Sequence record: OR192075.1
Strand: one strand, 5' to 3'
From: Escherichia phage MIZ6
DNA: 64,000 nt
Below are positions 1-10,079 of this stretch, piece by piece (within the stretch, counting starts at the first letter, position 1; every line of letters starts with the position of its first letter). Position numbers and translations under genes: made by a program. The notes under the pieces were generated by a model that searched no databases, was not told the origin of the DNA, and saw only the letters and a list, made by a program, of their open reading frames with translations.

Positions 1-260
1 TCATTAGACACACGAATGTTTCCGGTTCGGTCATCAACCGTAATATCTGCTTCATCGCCTACCAGATTCAGAATACCCAGGAAAGAGTTAAGATCATAGA
101 TCCCAATTTCGTGTTCCAGTTCTTGATTCAGAGTCGCTTCACCATATACAACGTTTGTCATGTTTTTGGTGATCAGGACGTTTCCTTTTTTCAGGATGAT
201 ACCTGGGTTAATCGCGGAAAAGTTTTTCAGGGTAGCAATGGTTTCTTTAGTCAGTTTCAT
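1..260 (-). CDS. 45: DNA polymerase sliding clamp gp45, N-terminal part (gene runs off window start)
   Basis: ATG at 258-260 on minus strand; translation MKLTKETIATLKNFSAINPGIILKKGNVL... resembles T4 gp45 N-terminus; synteny downstream of gp46. Confidence 0.8.
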   Translation of the reverse strand, partial: MKLTKETIATLKNFSAINPGIILKKGNVLITKNMTNVVYGEATLNQELEHEIGIYDLNSFLGILNLVGDEADITVDDRTGNIRVSN

Positions 261-290
261 CAAATCACCTTTATCATGTTAATCAATTAA

Positions 291-689
291 TTACGGGTTT
301 ACTTCGTGCTCATTTTGAATCTTTAGCATTCTTTCGATAAATTTTTTCTCGGCTTCCTTGTCGGATGAGTGAGTATACTTCAATCCAATGTAAGCTGTCA
401 AGTATTGTTGCAGAGCATAGACAGTAACAGGATTCTTTGCGGTCTTTTTGCCATCGAGATATACCAGATCACCACGAACATCAAACGCAAGTTTACGACG
501 AATCACATCATCAACAAATTTATCTAGGACAAAATACCACTCAATACACTCTATCCCGTGACGGTAGTTCATTACATCATTATCTTTGATATAGTCAAAC
601 GGAATATGGCATAATTTACTATTTTGTAGGATGAATAGCATTTGTTCTTTTAAGCTCATACGTTTCATTCTATCACTTCCCATCAGCAA
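291..689 (-). CDS. hypothetical protein (position of T4 rpbA between 46 and 45)
   Basis: 132-aa ORF in track; synteny only. Confidence 0.45.
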   Translation of the reverse strand: MLMGSDRMKRMSLKEQMLFILQNSKLCHIPFDYIKDNDVMNYRHGIECIEWYFVLDKFVDDVIRRKLAFDVRGDLVYLDGKKTAKNPVTVYALQQYLTAYIGLKYTHSSDKEAEKKFIERMLKIQNEHEVNP

Positions 690-1050
690 TTGCGATCAGA
701 CGAGTTACTACTACGCCAGCGGCTTCAATCAGCAATTCATCAGTGTCAATCTGATAACCCTTTTCGAGAATATCTTTACCTCGAATAGTTTTAGCGCCTT
801 TAGCAATTGAATCTTCGTAATACTTGCGCATTGCCGCGATCCATTCTTTTTGCACCATATCATCAATATGAGCATACAGTTCAAAACGTGCTTGCTGCGG
901 GATAACCTTCATTTTAGCTTTCTCGCTTTCCGGCATTTGTAGTACCCACGCTTTACGGATCTTGTTCATTGCTCGGTCAAATTCGAGGCTGGTTTTCTTG
1001 TTCTGAATGTCTGCTACAGTAATTTTAGCCAGGTTTGCGGAAGTCGTCAT
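673..1050 (-). CDS. hypothetical protein
   Basis: ORF track 673..1125; likely true start ATG 1048-1050 (MTTSANLAK...) preceded by GGAGA. Confidence 0.5.
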   Translation of the reverse strand: MTTSANLAKITVADIQNKKTSLEFDRAMNKIRKAWVLQMPESEKAKMKVIPQQARFELYAHIDDMVQKEWIAAMRKYYEDSIAKGAKTIRGKDILEKGYQIDTDELLIEAAGVVVTRLIAIADGK

Positions 1051-1081
1051 AATATTAATCTCCAAAAATAAAATCAGTATA

Positions 1082-1312
1082 TCACGTTCTAAAGTTTGTT
1101 GCAACCCCAGCATCAGGGTAATCAAGTTTATCTAAGTTGGGGACCAGCATAAACTCATGATGACGACAAGACAACATTTTTGTTATGTCTTCATCGCTGT
1201 ATATGCTGTTTTTCATATCCCCCATACTAACTACATATTCTTCACCGGAATATAGATTGATTAAGGTATACAATTCTAACTCCGGCTGCGTTACTCTGTC
1301 AAATGTTAACAT
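1082..1312 (-). CDS. hypothetical small protein
   Basis: 76-aa ORF; start overlaps end of gp46. Confidence 0.4.
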   Translation of the reverse strand: MLTFDRVTQPELELYTLINLYSGEEYVVSMGDMKNSIYSDEDITKMLSCRHHEFMLVPNLDKLDYPDAGVATNFRT

Positions 1313-2996
1313 TCATTTCAGTGAATCGCCCACGTTTAACCATCTTGAGATGACGGCTAAAATCATCAGGGTTATGGTCACGATGGCTGATAATATACAC
1401 GTTATCATCTAACTTGTCAATGATGGAATCAAGTGCTTTTACGCCTTGAACGTCCGTAGCCCCATCATAAATTTCGTCGAGTACCAACAAAGAAATATTA
1501 GTACCAGATACCTTACCAGCAACATCACGCCATGTAAAGAGCATCGCAAGATCAATACGTGCTTTTTCGCCTTGACTGAATGATGTATACGAAAACGATT
1601 CACGCCCCCGTGATTTGATTGTTTCGTTAAACTCTTCATCTAGCGTAAAGATATAATCCGCTTCCATGATATCAAGATAATATGCAATCCGATCATTGAA
1701 ATATGGAATATATTTCTTGACGATAGACGCCTTAACACCGGAATCCTTCAACATTTCTGTTACAAATCCACGGTGATATTTTTCAAGAACTAGCTTTGAT
1801 TTTTCATTAGTAATCTCTACCAGTTCGTGTTCCAGTTTAGCAAGTTCTTCGGAATTGTCAACCCTTTCTTTTTGTAATTCCTGAATTGCTTTCTGGATCT
1901 GCTTAGCACGACCTACAGATGCCGTTAAATTCGCTCTCTGTGACTCTATAGCGCGTTTAATTTCCAAGACCTTAGTTTGTGCTGTCTGGAAAGAATTGGC
2001 CTTCTCTGCGTACTCTACGCGTTTCTCGTCAATCAGAGACAGTTTATGTTCTGCTTGTGCTTTTTGTTCTCGTACAGCTTGATCATTACCCTGAATGATC
2101 GGTTGTGTGCACGTAGGACAGATCCCGCCTTTCTCATGCATATGAATAACACGGTCAAAGTTCTGGATCTGTGCACCAATCTGTGCGATAGCCGTATTAA
2201 TTTTAGCCAATGCCGCGCTAGGATCTTCCGGCATAACAACAGCCAATAGCTCATCGGTCAAGCGCGTTTCTTCGGCTTTAAATGCTTTAGCAGATTCTAC
2301 CTCTTTATCATACATATTCTGTAAACGCTGGAGATTCTCGGCACTCGCCTTGCTAGCGTCTTCTATGTACTTTTTATGAGTGTTGATTTGTTGCTGAACG
2401 TGATTAGCTTTCATTTCCTGCATTTGGATATTCTGGGTAATCTCGCGCACATACGCTTTATTCAGTTTATCCATTTCGCCTAGTGTAGCAATATCAAGCA
2501 AATCCTCGACCAGTTTACGGCGACCCGCTGCCGGAAGACTCATAAACGGAACATAACCAGCAGTGCCTAAAACAACGATCTGTTTAAAGCTGGCTAGGTT
2601 CATGCCTATGATACCTTCAAAATATTCCTGAAAGTCTTTGGTGCTTGCGCTCTCGTCGATCTTTTGACCGTCTCGATGCACTTCGAATACTTCCGGCTTT
2701 TGTCCACGTTTAATATAAAATTCTTTCCCGTCCAGTTCAAACCAGACTTCGACTAACAGTTTCTTTTTGTTGACGCTGTTAATCAATTGGCCTTTCTTGA
2801 TACTACGAAACGGTTTACCGAACAACACAAAGCAAAGCGCCTCAATCATGGTCGATTTACCAGCACCGTTAACACCAGTGATTAGTGTCTTTTTGAATCC
2901 GTCTAGCTGAATCTCTACAGGTTCAGCACCCACGCTCATTATATTTTGATAGCGCAAGGTTTTAAAATTTAACTTTGCCATTAATCCACTCCGCAA
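1299..2996 (-). CDS. 46: recombination endonuclease subunit gp46 (Rad50/SbcC-like ATPase)
   Basis: 565 aa; Walker A GVNGAGKST near N-terminus, long coiled-coil middle, CPTC zinc hook-like motif; length and synteny as T4 gp46. Confidence 0.9.
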   Translation of the reverse strand: MRSGLMAKLNFKTLRYQNIMSVGAEPVEIQLDGFKKTLITGVNGAGKSTMIEALCFVLFGKPFRSIKKGQLINSVNKKKLLVEVWFELDGKEFYIKRGQKPEVFEVHRDGQKIDESASTKDFQEYFEGIIGMNLASFKQIVVLGTAGYVPFMSLPAAGRRKLVEDLLDIATLGEMDKLNKAYVREITQNIQMQEMKANHVQQQINTHKKYIEDASKASAENLQRLQNMYDKEVESAKAFKAEETRLTDELLAVVMPEDPSAALAKINTAIAQIGAQIQNFDRVIHMHEKGGICPTCTQPIIQGNDQAVREQKAQAEHKLSLIDEKRVEYAEKANSFQTAQTKVLEIKRAIESQRANLTASVGRAKQIQKAIQELQKERVDNSEELAKLEHELVEITNEKSKLVLEKYHRGFVTEMLKDSGVKASIVKKYIPYFNDRIAYYLDIMEADYIFTLDEEFNETIKSRGRESFSYTSFSQGEKARIDLAMLFTWRDVAGKVSGTNISLLVLDEIYDGATDVQGVKALDSIIDKLDDNVYIISHRDHNPDDFSRHLKMVKRGRFTEMNVNI

Positions 2997-3225
2997 TCAC
3001 ACATTCCATAATATTAAATGCTAACACATCTTCATCAATGTTGTAAACACTTGCCGCCTTCACTTTAACTAATGTGTCTCTGCGATCTGGCAACATGATC
3101 ACATAATCCAGTGTCGCAGGATCATATGTCATAAAGGGATCAACATAAATCCCTTTATTCAATGCCAGATATTCGCGAAGACCTTCTATAACCCTGTGTC
3201 TAAGGTAGGTCATCGATAGAATCAT
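2962..3225 (-). CDS. hypothetical protein (46.x position)
   Basis: 87-aa ORF between gp46 and gp47. Confidence 0.45.
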   Translation of the reverse strand: MILSMTYLRHRVIEGLREYLALNKGIYVDPFMTYDPATLDYVIMLPDRRDTLVKVKAASVYNIDEDVLAFNIMECVIAEWINGKVKF

Positions 3226-3818
3226 TTTAGTTTATGTTCCTCTAAAAATTCTTCAATTTCACCTTGCAGGTCTTCCGCTTGCTGTTCCAGAATATCGCGA
3301 AATTCACCTACAGTCAAGCGGTAATCACATTTCACCAGTCGATGCGGGAGAATATACCCTTTATACATTGTCTCTGACGCTTCCAGGAATACCCCACTAT
3401 GCATGACAGAGATCCAACCTGTTAACGTCAATGGAGTATTCGGAAAATAATACTTGCTGGATTGTTTCCACTGTACGAAAGCACCATATACAATAGGATT
3501 ATATTCACCAACCACACTCTTAATAATGGATTCTACTTTGTCTTTTACAAAGTCGCCAATGTCCATAGTTATCATCAACTCTTTTGGATGAATAATTTTA
3601 AGGTAACGACGATAGCCATCATCATAATACAGCTTAACTACTGGTTCACCCCACATAGACGAAATATTCGCTTTCAGATATCCATAAATCGGATTCTTAT
3701 CATATGATTGTTTTAGCGTGTAGGTATGCAACAGCGTAATAAAATGTCGCATTACCAGTTTATCTGGATCAGCCGCGACCATAGTCGTATTCATAATATG
3801 TTCCTCGTTCAATTTCAT
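3222..3818 (-). CDS. hypothetical protein (46.x position)
   Basis: 198-aa ORF, coupled stop/start with neighbours. Confidence 0.55.
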   Translation of the reverse strand: MKLNEEHIMNTTMVAADPDKLVMRHFITLLHTYTLKQSYDKNPIYGYLKANISSMWGEPVVKLYYDDGYRRYLKIIHPKELMITMDIGDFVKDKVESIIKSVVGEYNPIVYGAFVQWKQSSKYYFPNTPLTLTGWISVMHSGVFLEASETMYKGYILPHRLVKCDYRLTVGEFRDILEQQAEDLQGEIEEFLEEHKLK

Positions 3819-4086
3819 ATTGTTTCAGGTCTTCTAAAAGTTCATCCACTGCTTGTTTCAGCACATGACGCAGCGTAAAGTAATAGCTTTCATCAAATTC
3901 TATTTCCGCGCGAGGAATAGAGCGAAACTTACACTTAACGGTAGTATCAGTGAGTCGCTTTTCGACCATCATCCGAACTTCTTCATGCTCTTTGGAATAC
4001 CATACATCAACGGAGATCCCCTTACGTCGAGCAAACATAGGCAATGCCGCATTAAATTCCATGACCTTTTGTGCAAGTGTTTTCAT
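3769..4086 (-). CDS. hypothetical protein
   Basis: 105-aa ORF. Confidence 0.45.
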   Translation of the reverse strand: MKTLAQKVMEFNAALPMFARRKGISVDVWYSKEHEEVRMMVEKRLTDTTVKCKFRSIPRAEIEFDESYYFTLRHVLKQAVDELLEDLKQYEIERGTYYEYDYGRG

Positions 4087-4346
4087 CGTACAGACCCCAT
4101 AGATCCACGCGCAATAACATTCTGAGTAATATCAGCAACCTTACGGGATACGATGTTTGTTAGCCCCTCTTTGGTGATATGTTCACGATCAAATGGGATT
4201 TCGTCATGAGTCCATAAACCATAGTTAGACCGAAATGATAGCATATACTGACCATCTCGCACAACCTCAAATACATGGATCTTAGTGAATTTCGATAAAC
4301 CTTCGTTGATTTCTTTCAGTGCATTAGTAATCATAACAACCTCCAA
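4083..4346 (-). CDS. hypothetical protein
   Basis: 87-aa ORF. Confidence 0.45.
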   Translation of the reverse strand: MEVVMITNALKEINEGLSKFTKIHVFEVVRDGQYMLSFRSNYGLWTHDEIPFDREHITKEGLTNIVSRKVADITQNVIARGSMGSVR

Positions 4347-4388
4347 TCAATTTTTAGAGAGTATAACGGGGATTTCTCCCCGCGTCAA

Positions 4389-5414
4389 CTAACTTTTTGC
4401 GCTATTTACTTCGGCTAAAAGTTCATCAGAAATACGCTTGACCGCCGCAAGTTCTTCCGGTTCTAGGTTTTGTTCTTCCAGATATTCATAGACCATCTGA
4501 ATAGTGCTTTTAACTTCAATAACACCTGTTTCCTGTGATGCGCTACTCTCCAGCTTATGGACCACTTTTAGCTTGTGTACAACGGCCTCTAACGCGCTTT
4601 CTAACTTACTTAACCCATTATCAGCAACCGTTGCGATAAGACGCACACTAAGCCCCTTAAAGCGTTCTACATCGATTTTATCATCTGACGGGTAAGTGAT
4701 ACGCACATGATAAGTTTTATCATTCTGGATAAACTCTTTTTTGTGTGTATCGGTATCGAATACCCAAAAACCACGCGGATCGTTTTCGTCACCAGCCGTT
4801 AGTGTGTATGGTGTACCAATATACGTTACGTTACCGCCATCACTGATAGTATGAAAGTGACCAGAAAACACTTCACGGTATTTCTTGAGGAAGTCCGCGC
4901 TATAACCTTCTGATTTTAGCCCTTTATAGAAATAGTAACCGGACAATTCCCAATGGCCTACACAATATTCGCTGAATGAGTTTTGAATAAACTCTAAAAT
5001 CTCTGATTTATTGTCATCACAAAACCACGGGAACAGATCAAATGATACACCATCAAAGGTGACTGTTTCCGGCTTATCGATAACTTTAATACAATCATAC
5101 TGGCTTAACACTTCACGCGGTGCGTTAGGCTGGATCTTGTTTCGTTTAAACATATCATGGTTCCCGACCGTGATATAACAAGTAATACCAGCCTCTTCCA
5201 GTAACGGGATGACCTTAGTGCGGTTAAATTTCATGGTTTCATGGGTAATTGCTTTTCGGCAATCAAACCAATCCCCTGTTTGAATCCATGTCTTAATATT
5301 ATGCTCTTTGGAGTATTCAACCGCCTTCTTGATGGTATCAAGAATATACTCATGCACCCACGGATCATCGCCACCGATACCAGTATGCAGATCACCTAAA
5401 AGCAAAATTTTCAT
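4389..5414 (-). CDS. 47: recombination endonuclease subunit gp47 (Mre11/SbcD-like phosphoesterase)
   Basis: 341 aa; metallophosphatase motifs (GDLH, GDxxD, GNHD, GHxH); matches T4 gp47 along its length. Confidence 0.9.
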   Translation of the reverse strand: MKILLLGDLHTGIGGDDPWVHEYILDTIKKAVEYSKEHNIKTWIQTGDWFDCRKAITHETMKFNRTKVIPLLEEAGITCYITVGNHDMFKRNKIQPNAPREVLSQYDCIKVIDKPETVTFDGVSFDLFPWFCDDNKSEILEFIQNSFSEYCVGHWELSGYYFYKGLKSEGYSADFLKKYREVFSGHFHTISDGGNVTYIGTPYTLTAGDENDPRGFWVFDTDTHKKEFIQNDKTYHVRITYPSDDKIDVERFKGLSVRLIATVADNGLSKLESALEAVVHKLKVVHKLESSASQETGVIEVKSTIQMVYEYLEEQNLEPEELAAVKRISDELLAEVNSAKS

Positions 5415-5504
5415 AGTCTCTTCCTCTCTTCGTTTTCGATGCTCTCACTATATCACAGAAAAATAAAAAGGGAAACCCCTTTCAGAGTCTCCCTTATAAA
5501 GCCA

Positions 5505-5792
5505 TTACAGCATACTTAATACAGTTTGCCGTGTACTAATCCACATAGCAGAAAGCAGTTCTGGCGTGTGTGGCTGTTTGTAGATATCACGTAACTTTCC
5601 GATAGCGTAGATATACGCATCGCGGTTATCATCGATGATAGCTTGTTCAGCCCACCGCTTAAGGCGTGCAATCTCTCGCGAGTTCTTACGCAAGATCTTT
5701 TCCGCTTTCTTAGCGGCTTTAGCCTCTAGTTCTGCTTGTACTTTGTCTACTTCATTCACTGCAATCTGGTCATGCTGTTCATTGCAAGTCAT
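5505..5792 (-). CDS. hypothetical protein
   Basis: 95-aa ORF between gp47 and gp55. Confidence 0.45.
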   Translation of the reverse strand: MTCNEQHDQIAVNEVDKVQAELEAKAAKKAEKILRKNSREIARLKRWAEQAIIDDNRDAYIYAIGKLRDIYKQPHTPELLSAMWISTRQTVLSML

Positions 5793-5793
5793 A

Positions 5794-6027
5794 TTATTTT
5801 ACCTCTGGGATATAATCAATTATTAAAGAAAATTCATCTTCTGATACATTATAGCTATGTGAGATTGTACCCGTAAAGACCTCAAGATCCGGTGATTTGA
5901 TATTGCACGGATCGATAATCACCGGAACGCCGCAATCTCTCAAAAATAATTTGGCGAAATACGGCACGAGGTCAGTTTCAAACTCTGCTTCTTCCAGCAA
6001 ACGGGAAATGTTAATTTTCAATCTCAT
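5794..6027 (-). CDS. hypothetical protein
   Basis: 77-aa ORF. Confidence 0.4.
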   Translation of the reverse strand: MRLKINISRLLEEAEFETDLVPYFAKLFLRDCGVPVIIDPCNIKSPDLEVFTGTISHSYNVSEDEFSLIIDYIPEVK

Positions 6028-6544
6028 AAAATTGGTCCAAGCTAGGCAATTCCTCGGTCAATACATCTTCAACCTTTGGCGCTTTCGGTTTATTGACCGA
6101 TTCCTCGTAGTTGTTGATTTTATCGTAAATGTCCTGTATGAATGCCTCATCAGCAATCTGGCACATATCAGCGTCGCGTTCGTCATATACATGATGCACA
6201 AAATATTTGTATTTTGCGGCTGTCGCTGTTCTTTCTTTTTTAATGCGCTGTACAAAAGCATTAAAGCACGCTTGCGTGATGTAAGCATGAGGATTTTTAT
6301 ACTTTGTCTCGTCAAAATTAATCAAACCCTTGACCGCCGCTTCGATTCCGTCGTCGATCATTTCTTCGCGCCATGTTTGACTATAACCAGAAAAGTTAAA
6401 ACGACGTGATAGATTTTTAGAGATTTGCATAATTGCTAGGCCGATTTGATCGCTCATTGGAACTTGCCGACCTTCTGCTGCAATTTGTTGTTTCCAACGG
6501 CAAATTTCTTCGTAAAGCTCTTTATTGTTTACATAATCAGACAC
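6011..6544 (-). CDS. 55: late-transcription sigma factor gp55
   Basis: 177 aa; ...[63 protein letters not shown]... closely resembles T4 gp55. Confidence 0.9.
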   Translation of the reverse strand: MSDYVNNKELYEEICRWKQQIAAEGRQVPMSDQIGLAIMQISKNLSRRFNFSGYSQTWREEMIDDGIEAAVKGLINFDETKYKNPHAYITQACFNAFVQRIKKERTATAAKYKYFVHHVYDERDADMCQIADEAFIQDIYDKINNYEESVNKPKAPKVEDVLTEELPSLDQFYEIEN

Positions 6545-6584
6545 TTCGCACCCTCGCTATTATTTAGGAAATAACCCTTTCGGG

Positions 6585-8054
6585 CTATTCCCCATTACCA
6601 TTATACTTTCTTTGCTTAGTTATCCACACTCTAACCATCTCTACGGATTCACCGTCAGACGGATCAAGAGTTTTTCCTTTTTTCTTCATGCGGTACTTAA
6701 ATCCGTTAAATCTTGCATTCTCTTGCTCGTTAAAGTCGAACATCTTTTTAAATGATTTTCGCCCTTTACGCTCACCGCATTCTAGCGGAATCATTCGGTC
6801 TGTTATTACATTGGCATTAGGCAGAAACGTTTTTAGATAATCCACCAACGCCCAATCAGGAACATATAGATTAACATTCTCCTTGCTCTCGTTGTCTCTC
6901 AGGTTACAACGCAAACATAATTGAAATGCTGGTTCCAGATAATCAGACACATGACGCGCTTTCAAAAACTCGTTTGTTGGGAGATCACAACTATTAGCAA
7001 GACCTTTTAAAATATCAATCTCCCATCGTTGAGGGTTAAAGCTGAACATCACAGCAACATTTTTATGATGAATGTAAGAGTTAAGACCATAAGATCCGTA
7101 AGGTATCCGCTCACCAATACCATTTGTGCACGCTTCACGGTCCCGATTCACGGTATAAATGAAGTCATCACCACATTCATTTTTAACCATATCAACAAGA
7201 CGTTCAAAGGTATTGTTTGTTTCTGACTGGTGACGCGACCATCGTTCGGAGTCCGTCATAAGGATGATGTTAACTCTATCTGTATTTTTATACTCTTTGA
7301 AATATAGTCTGGATTCTAGCGCACTCGGAACAAAATCGCAATTTGCATAGTATCGTAGATACTTCCCACTATATGTATCAAAGAGATTTGCACATGCTAT
7401 CGTAACCTTTTTAAAGTCTCCCCACGTACCGTGTTTGTTATCGTTCAAGAAAACAATTTTCGACCCATTCTTCCGGTGTCCTTCGTTATGTTTTACCATA
7501 ACGTTGATTTTCTTCTCTAATAACGCCTCATAAAGCCCTCTAAGAGAAGAATCGATCATATCAGTACCATCCTTTGCACTTTCTATCTTTTCTTTGATAG
7601 CGGCCTTCTCAGAGTCTTTTAGAACTAAGTTCTGTAGGCATTCCGATTCGTCGGCGATTGGTTCGCAATGCTTCGTGATAAGTTCAAGATTAGACTTAAA
7701 CGGATACTCATTAAATTCAACCAGTTGAGGAACTTCATCAATGTAAAGAGCATATTCACCAAACATTTTTGAACGTTCCATATTAGATAACGCTGTATGT
7801 GTAATGAATATCACATCAGCACCATCTTTAACTGATTGCATTATAGACGCTTGCACTGTCTTAAGGCTTCTTAGTCTTGTGCTATCAATCAAGACAGCAC
7901 GACCGCCCATTCTTTTAAACTTATTGTAAGATTGTTCACTTAAAACACGAGATGGCGAAGCAATAACCGCTTTTTCTTTTGTCTCTAGGACGTGGGAAAG
8001 TATAGCATCAGTTTTCCCCGCCGCTGGCAATGCGATTAATGTTTCAATCTTCAT
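6585..8054 (-). CDS. P-loop NTPase with helicase-like motifs and a large unassigned C-terminal region
   Basis: 489 aa; Walker A LPAAGKT, motif Ia-like SPSRVLSEQ, Walker B ALYIDEV in first ~110 aa; remaining ~370 aa no recognisable motif; start overlaps stop of upstream ORF (ATGA at 8054). Confidence 0.7.
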   Translation of the reverse strand: MKIETLIALPAAGKTDAILSHVLETKEKAVIASPSRVLSEQSYNKFKRMGGRAVLIDSTRLRSLKTVQASIMQSVKDGADVIFITHTALSNMERSKMFGEYALYIDEVPQLVEFNEYPFKSNLELITKHCEPIADESECLQNLVLKDSEKAAIKEKIESAKDGTDMIDSSLRGLYEALLEKKINVMVKHNEGHRKNGSKIVFLNDNKHGTWGDFKKVTIACANLFDTYSGKYLRYYANCDFVPSALESRLYFKEYKNTDRVNIILMTDSERWSRHQSETNNTFERLVDMVKNECGDDFIYTVNRDREACTNGIGERIPYGSYGLNSYIHHKNVAVMFSFNPQRWEIDILKGLANSCDLPTNEFLKARHVSDYLEPAFQLCLRCNLRDNESKENVNLYVPDWALVDYLKTFLPNANVITDRMIPLECGERKGRKSFKKMFDFNEQENARFNGFKYRMKKKGKTLDPSDGESVEMVRVWITKQRKYNGNGE

Positions 8055-8359
8055 TAGAAACCCTTACGTCGTGCTTTCTGGCATTTCTTGATCATTTTAT
8101 CAGAAATTTCGCGCTTAGGTGCAATCTCTTTCACACCGAAAGCACTAATGCCAAATTCAGAGAGAATATATTCAACTAACAATTCACGCACACGCGCTTT
8201 ACCGATATTCACGCCGTTATTTTTCAGATATGTCTGGCCTTCGACTTGCATCAGATCTAAATCAGCGTCGGTAATATTGATTTCTTCCATGCGCCCAAAT
8301 CGAGAGTAAACCATGTGTGCGATTGTATTGTGTACTAACATAATATATTCCTCACTCAA
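8054..8359 (-). CDS. hypothetical protein, translationally coupled to the P-loop protein
   Basis: 101-aa ORF ending at 8054. Confidence 0.5.
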   Translation of the reverse strand: MSEEYIMLVHNTIAHMVYSRFGRMEEINITDADLDLMQVEGQTYLKNNGVNIGKARVRELLVEYILSEFGISAFGVKEIAPKREISDKMIKKCQKARRKGF

Positions 8360-8362
8360 GAA

Positions 8363-8470
8363 TTACTTAATGATACTTACTTTACCAGATCCGTGACAAT
8401 GAGCGCAACACCCATCACCACGCAATCCTGTTCCGTTACAGTGTTTACACTTCTTCAACGGTAAAGCCAT
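8363..8470 (-). CDS. candidate 35-aa zinc-finger peptide (two DnaJ-type CxxCxGxG repeats)
   Basis: ATG 8468-8470; translation MALPLKKCKHCNGTGLRGDGCCAHCHGSGKVSIIK; below track cutoff; weak RBS. Confidence 0.3.
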   Translation of the reverse strand: MALPLKKCKHCNGTGLRGDGCCAHCHGSGKVSIIK

Positions 8471-8510
8471 TATAACAAATAAAGCAATAATGAACACCGA
8501 AACTAAATTC

Positions 8511-8780
8511 TCAATAATCATAAATCGCCCTCAGTTCTTTATAGCCTCCAATGTGCTCGTTGTTAATGAATATCTGGGGGTATACAAACCGGAGGCTCTT
8601 TGAGTTCAGCCTCCCCGCCAGTTCTTCAATCATATCACGGTCGGGAATAATGTCAACCCCGACCTGCTTGAATACTGGTTTAAGTGTATACGGAATACCC
8701 AGATCATCCAGTAGCTTCATTGCACTAATACAACCATAACAATGATAAGCCTCTTTCGGTATGCCGTATATCTCGATCAT
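8511..8780 (-). CDS. nrdH: glutaredoxin-like protein NrdH
   Basis: 89 aa with CYGC redox motif; synteny next to nrdG/nrdD. Confidence 0.75.
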   Translation of the reverse strand: MIEIYGIPKEAYHCYGCISAMKLLDDLGIPYTLKPVFKQVGVDIIPDRDMIEELAGRLNSKSLRFVYPQIFINNEHIGGYKELRAIYDY

Positions 8781-9277
8781 TTCTCAGCCTTTAATCTTTC
8801 TAGTTCTTCTTCCAGTTCCTTGATCCGTTGGTCACGTTCAAAGTCACGTTGTAGCTTAGTGGCAAATACCCGCTTAAACTGATTGTAATCATCGATTTTA
8901 AACACTTCTTCTTCGCCATAGCGACGTACAGAAACTTCGTAGTTATTGAAGAATTGTTGCATCATTGCTTCGGATGATAGTTCTGCTGATACTACTTTAA
9001 AATATTGATCTTCTGTAGGCGAAAACCAATTACAAGCATAAAGATAAACCTTTTCATTGTCTGGGCACTGGTAAGCCTTACCATCGATTTCAATCACAGA
9101 AACATATTCAGGTATAGTAGATGAATCAATAGCTAAGACTTTAAACTGACGGTCCCCGATAAACTCAGAGATCACACGATTCGCATCACTGGTTGCAAAG
9201 GCTTTACGCGCTTGTTCGCTTTTCCACTGATAGGTCATACCAACAACAAACATATTACCAACCTCGCTCTTTACCAA
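8777..9277 (-). CDS. paralogous modular protein A (beta-rich domain plus C-terminal coiled-coil tail)
   Basis: shares KSEQARK and domain pattern with neighbours; tail ...QRIKELEEELERLKAEK. Confidence 0.6.
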   Translation of the reverse strand: MVKSEVGNMFVVGMTYQWKSEQARKAFATSDANRVISEFIGDRQFKVLAIDSSTIPEYVSVIEIDGKAYQCPDNEKVYLYACNWFSPTEDQYFKVVSAELSSEAMMQQFFNNYEVSVRRYGEEEVFKIDDYNQFKRVFATKLQRDFERDQRIKELEEELERLKAEK

Positions 9278-10079
9278 TCAAAAATTCAACTTCACGACGT
9301 TTAATGTCTTCTTGAAGGTCTTTAATCTTCTGGCGATCTTGCATGATTTCGTCCATTTTGTCAAGTGCTGCAATAAAATCATCGAAACGTTCAAAGGTTT
9401 TACCTTCATTTGCTTCGCCAAATTTAACCATAGTCAGACCGTAACGACTACTAAACAGACGTTTCAACTGTCCAACGATCTTAGAATCAGTGGTTATAAC
9501 TTCCAATTCTTCTACTTCTTGAAAGAATTTTCTATCAGAATCAATAAACCAGCTAGTTCCTTTATGGTTGCTATCTTCGGTTGCACTCATTAGAGTATGG
9601 TCTTTACCATCAATTTCAATTACATCAATTTGCCCACATGGACGAACATTTTTAACAGTAAAAGGTCTATAATTTATTGCTCGTGCAATAACATAATTAA
9701 GGTTAGATACGTTTTCAGCATAATGGCAGAAGTCGGTCATAGCATTCGCATCTTTCCAAGTATAAGTTTTACCAACTTCCCATTTCTGGGGAACTTCTTC
9801 AACTTCACGAAAGAATTTTCTATCGAATGGACTAAAGAAATATGTTGCCGTCCAAATGTCTTTTCCTGTAGCAGTTTTCGCCGTATGATAAACACCGTCT
9901 AGCTCTATTGCATTAATCCAACCATTACCCTCGATCTCGATGATGGTAAATGGCTTGTCACCAATAGCTGCACTAATATCGCTATTAAGTGGAGAAAGAA
10001 CACCTTCTCCGTTAGTAATAAACTCAGTTTTAGCGTTTACATCTTTCCAGGTGTAAGTTTTACCAATTTCCCATTTCAT
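9255..10079 (-). CDS. paralogous modular protein B (internal tandem duplication of the ~95-aa domain)
   Basis: MKWEIGKTYTWKD...DRKFFREVEE repeated as KWEVGKTYTWKD...DRKFFQEVEE. Confidence 0.65.
   Translation of the reverse strand: MKWEIGKTYTWKDVNAKTEFITNGEGVLSPLNSDISAAIGDKPFTIIEIEGNGWINAIELDGVYHTAKTATGKDIWTATYFFSPFDRKFFREVEEVPQKWEVGKTYTWKDANAMTDFCHYAENVSNLNYVIARAINYRPFTVKNVRPCGQIDVIEIDGKDHTLMSATEDSNHKGTSWFIDSDRKFFQEVEELEVITTDSKIVGQLKRLFSSRYGLTMVKFGEANEGKTFERFDDFIAALDKMDEIMQDRQKIKDLQEDIKRREVEFLIGKERGW

Noticed and set aside
5505-6011. Alpha-glucosyltransferase expected between gp47 and gp55 by T4 synteny
   Set aside because: Only two small ORFs (95 and 77 aa) occupy this interval and neither is long enough to be a glycosyltransferase; the 489-aa protein on the other side of gp55 does not resemble one. 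Consistent with a phage lacking T4-type glucosylation, though the rest of the genome is not visible here.
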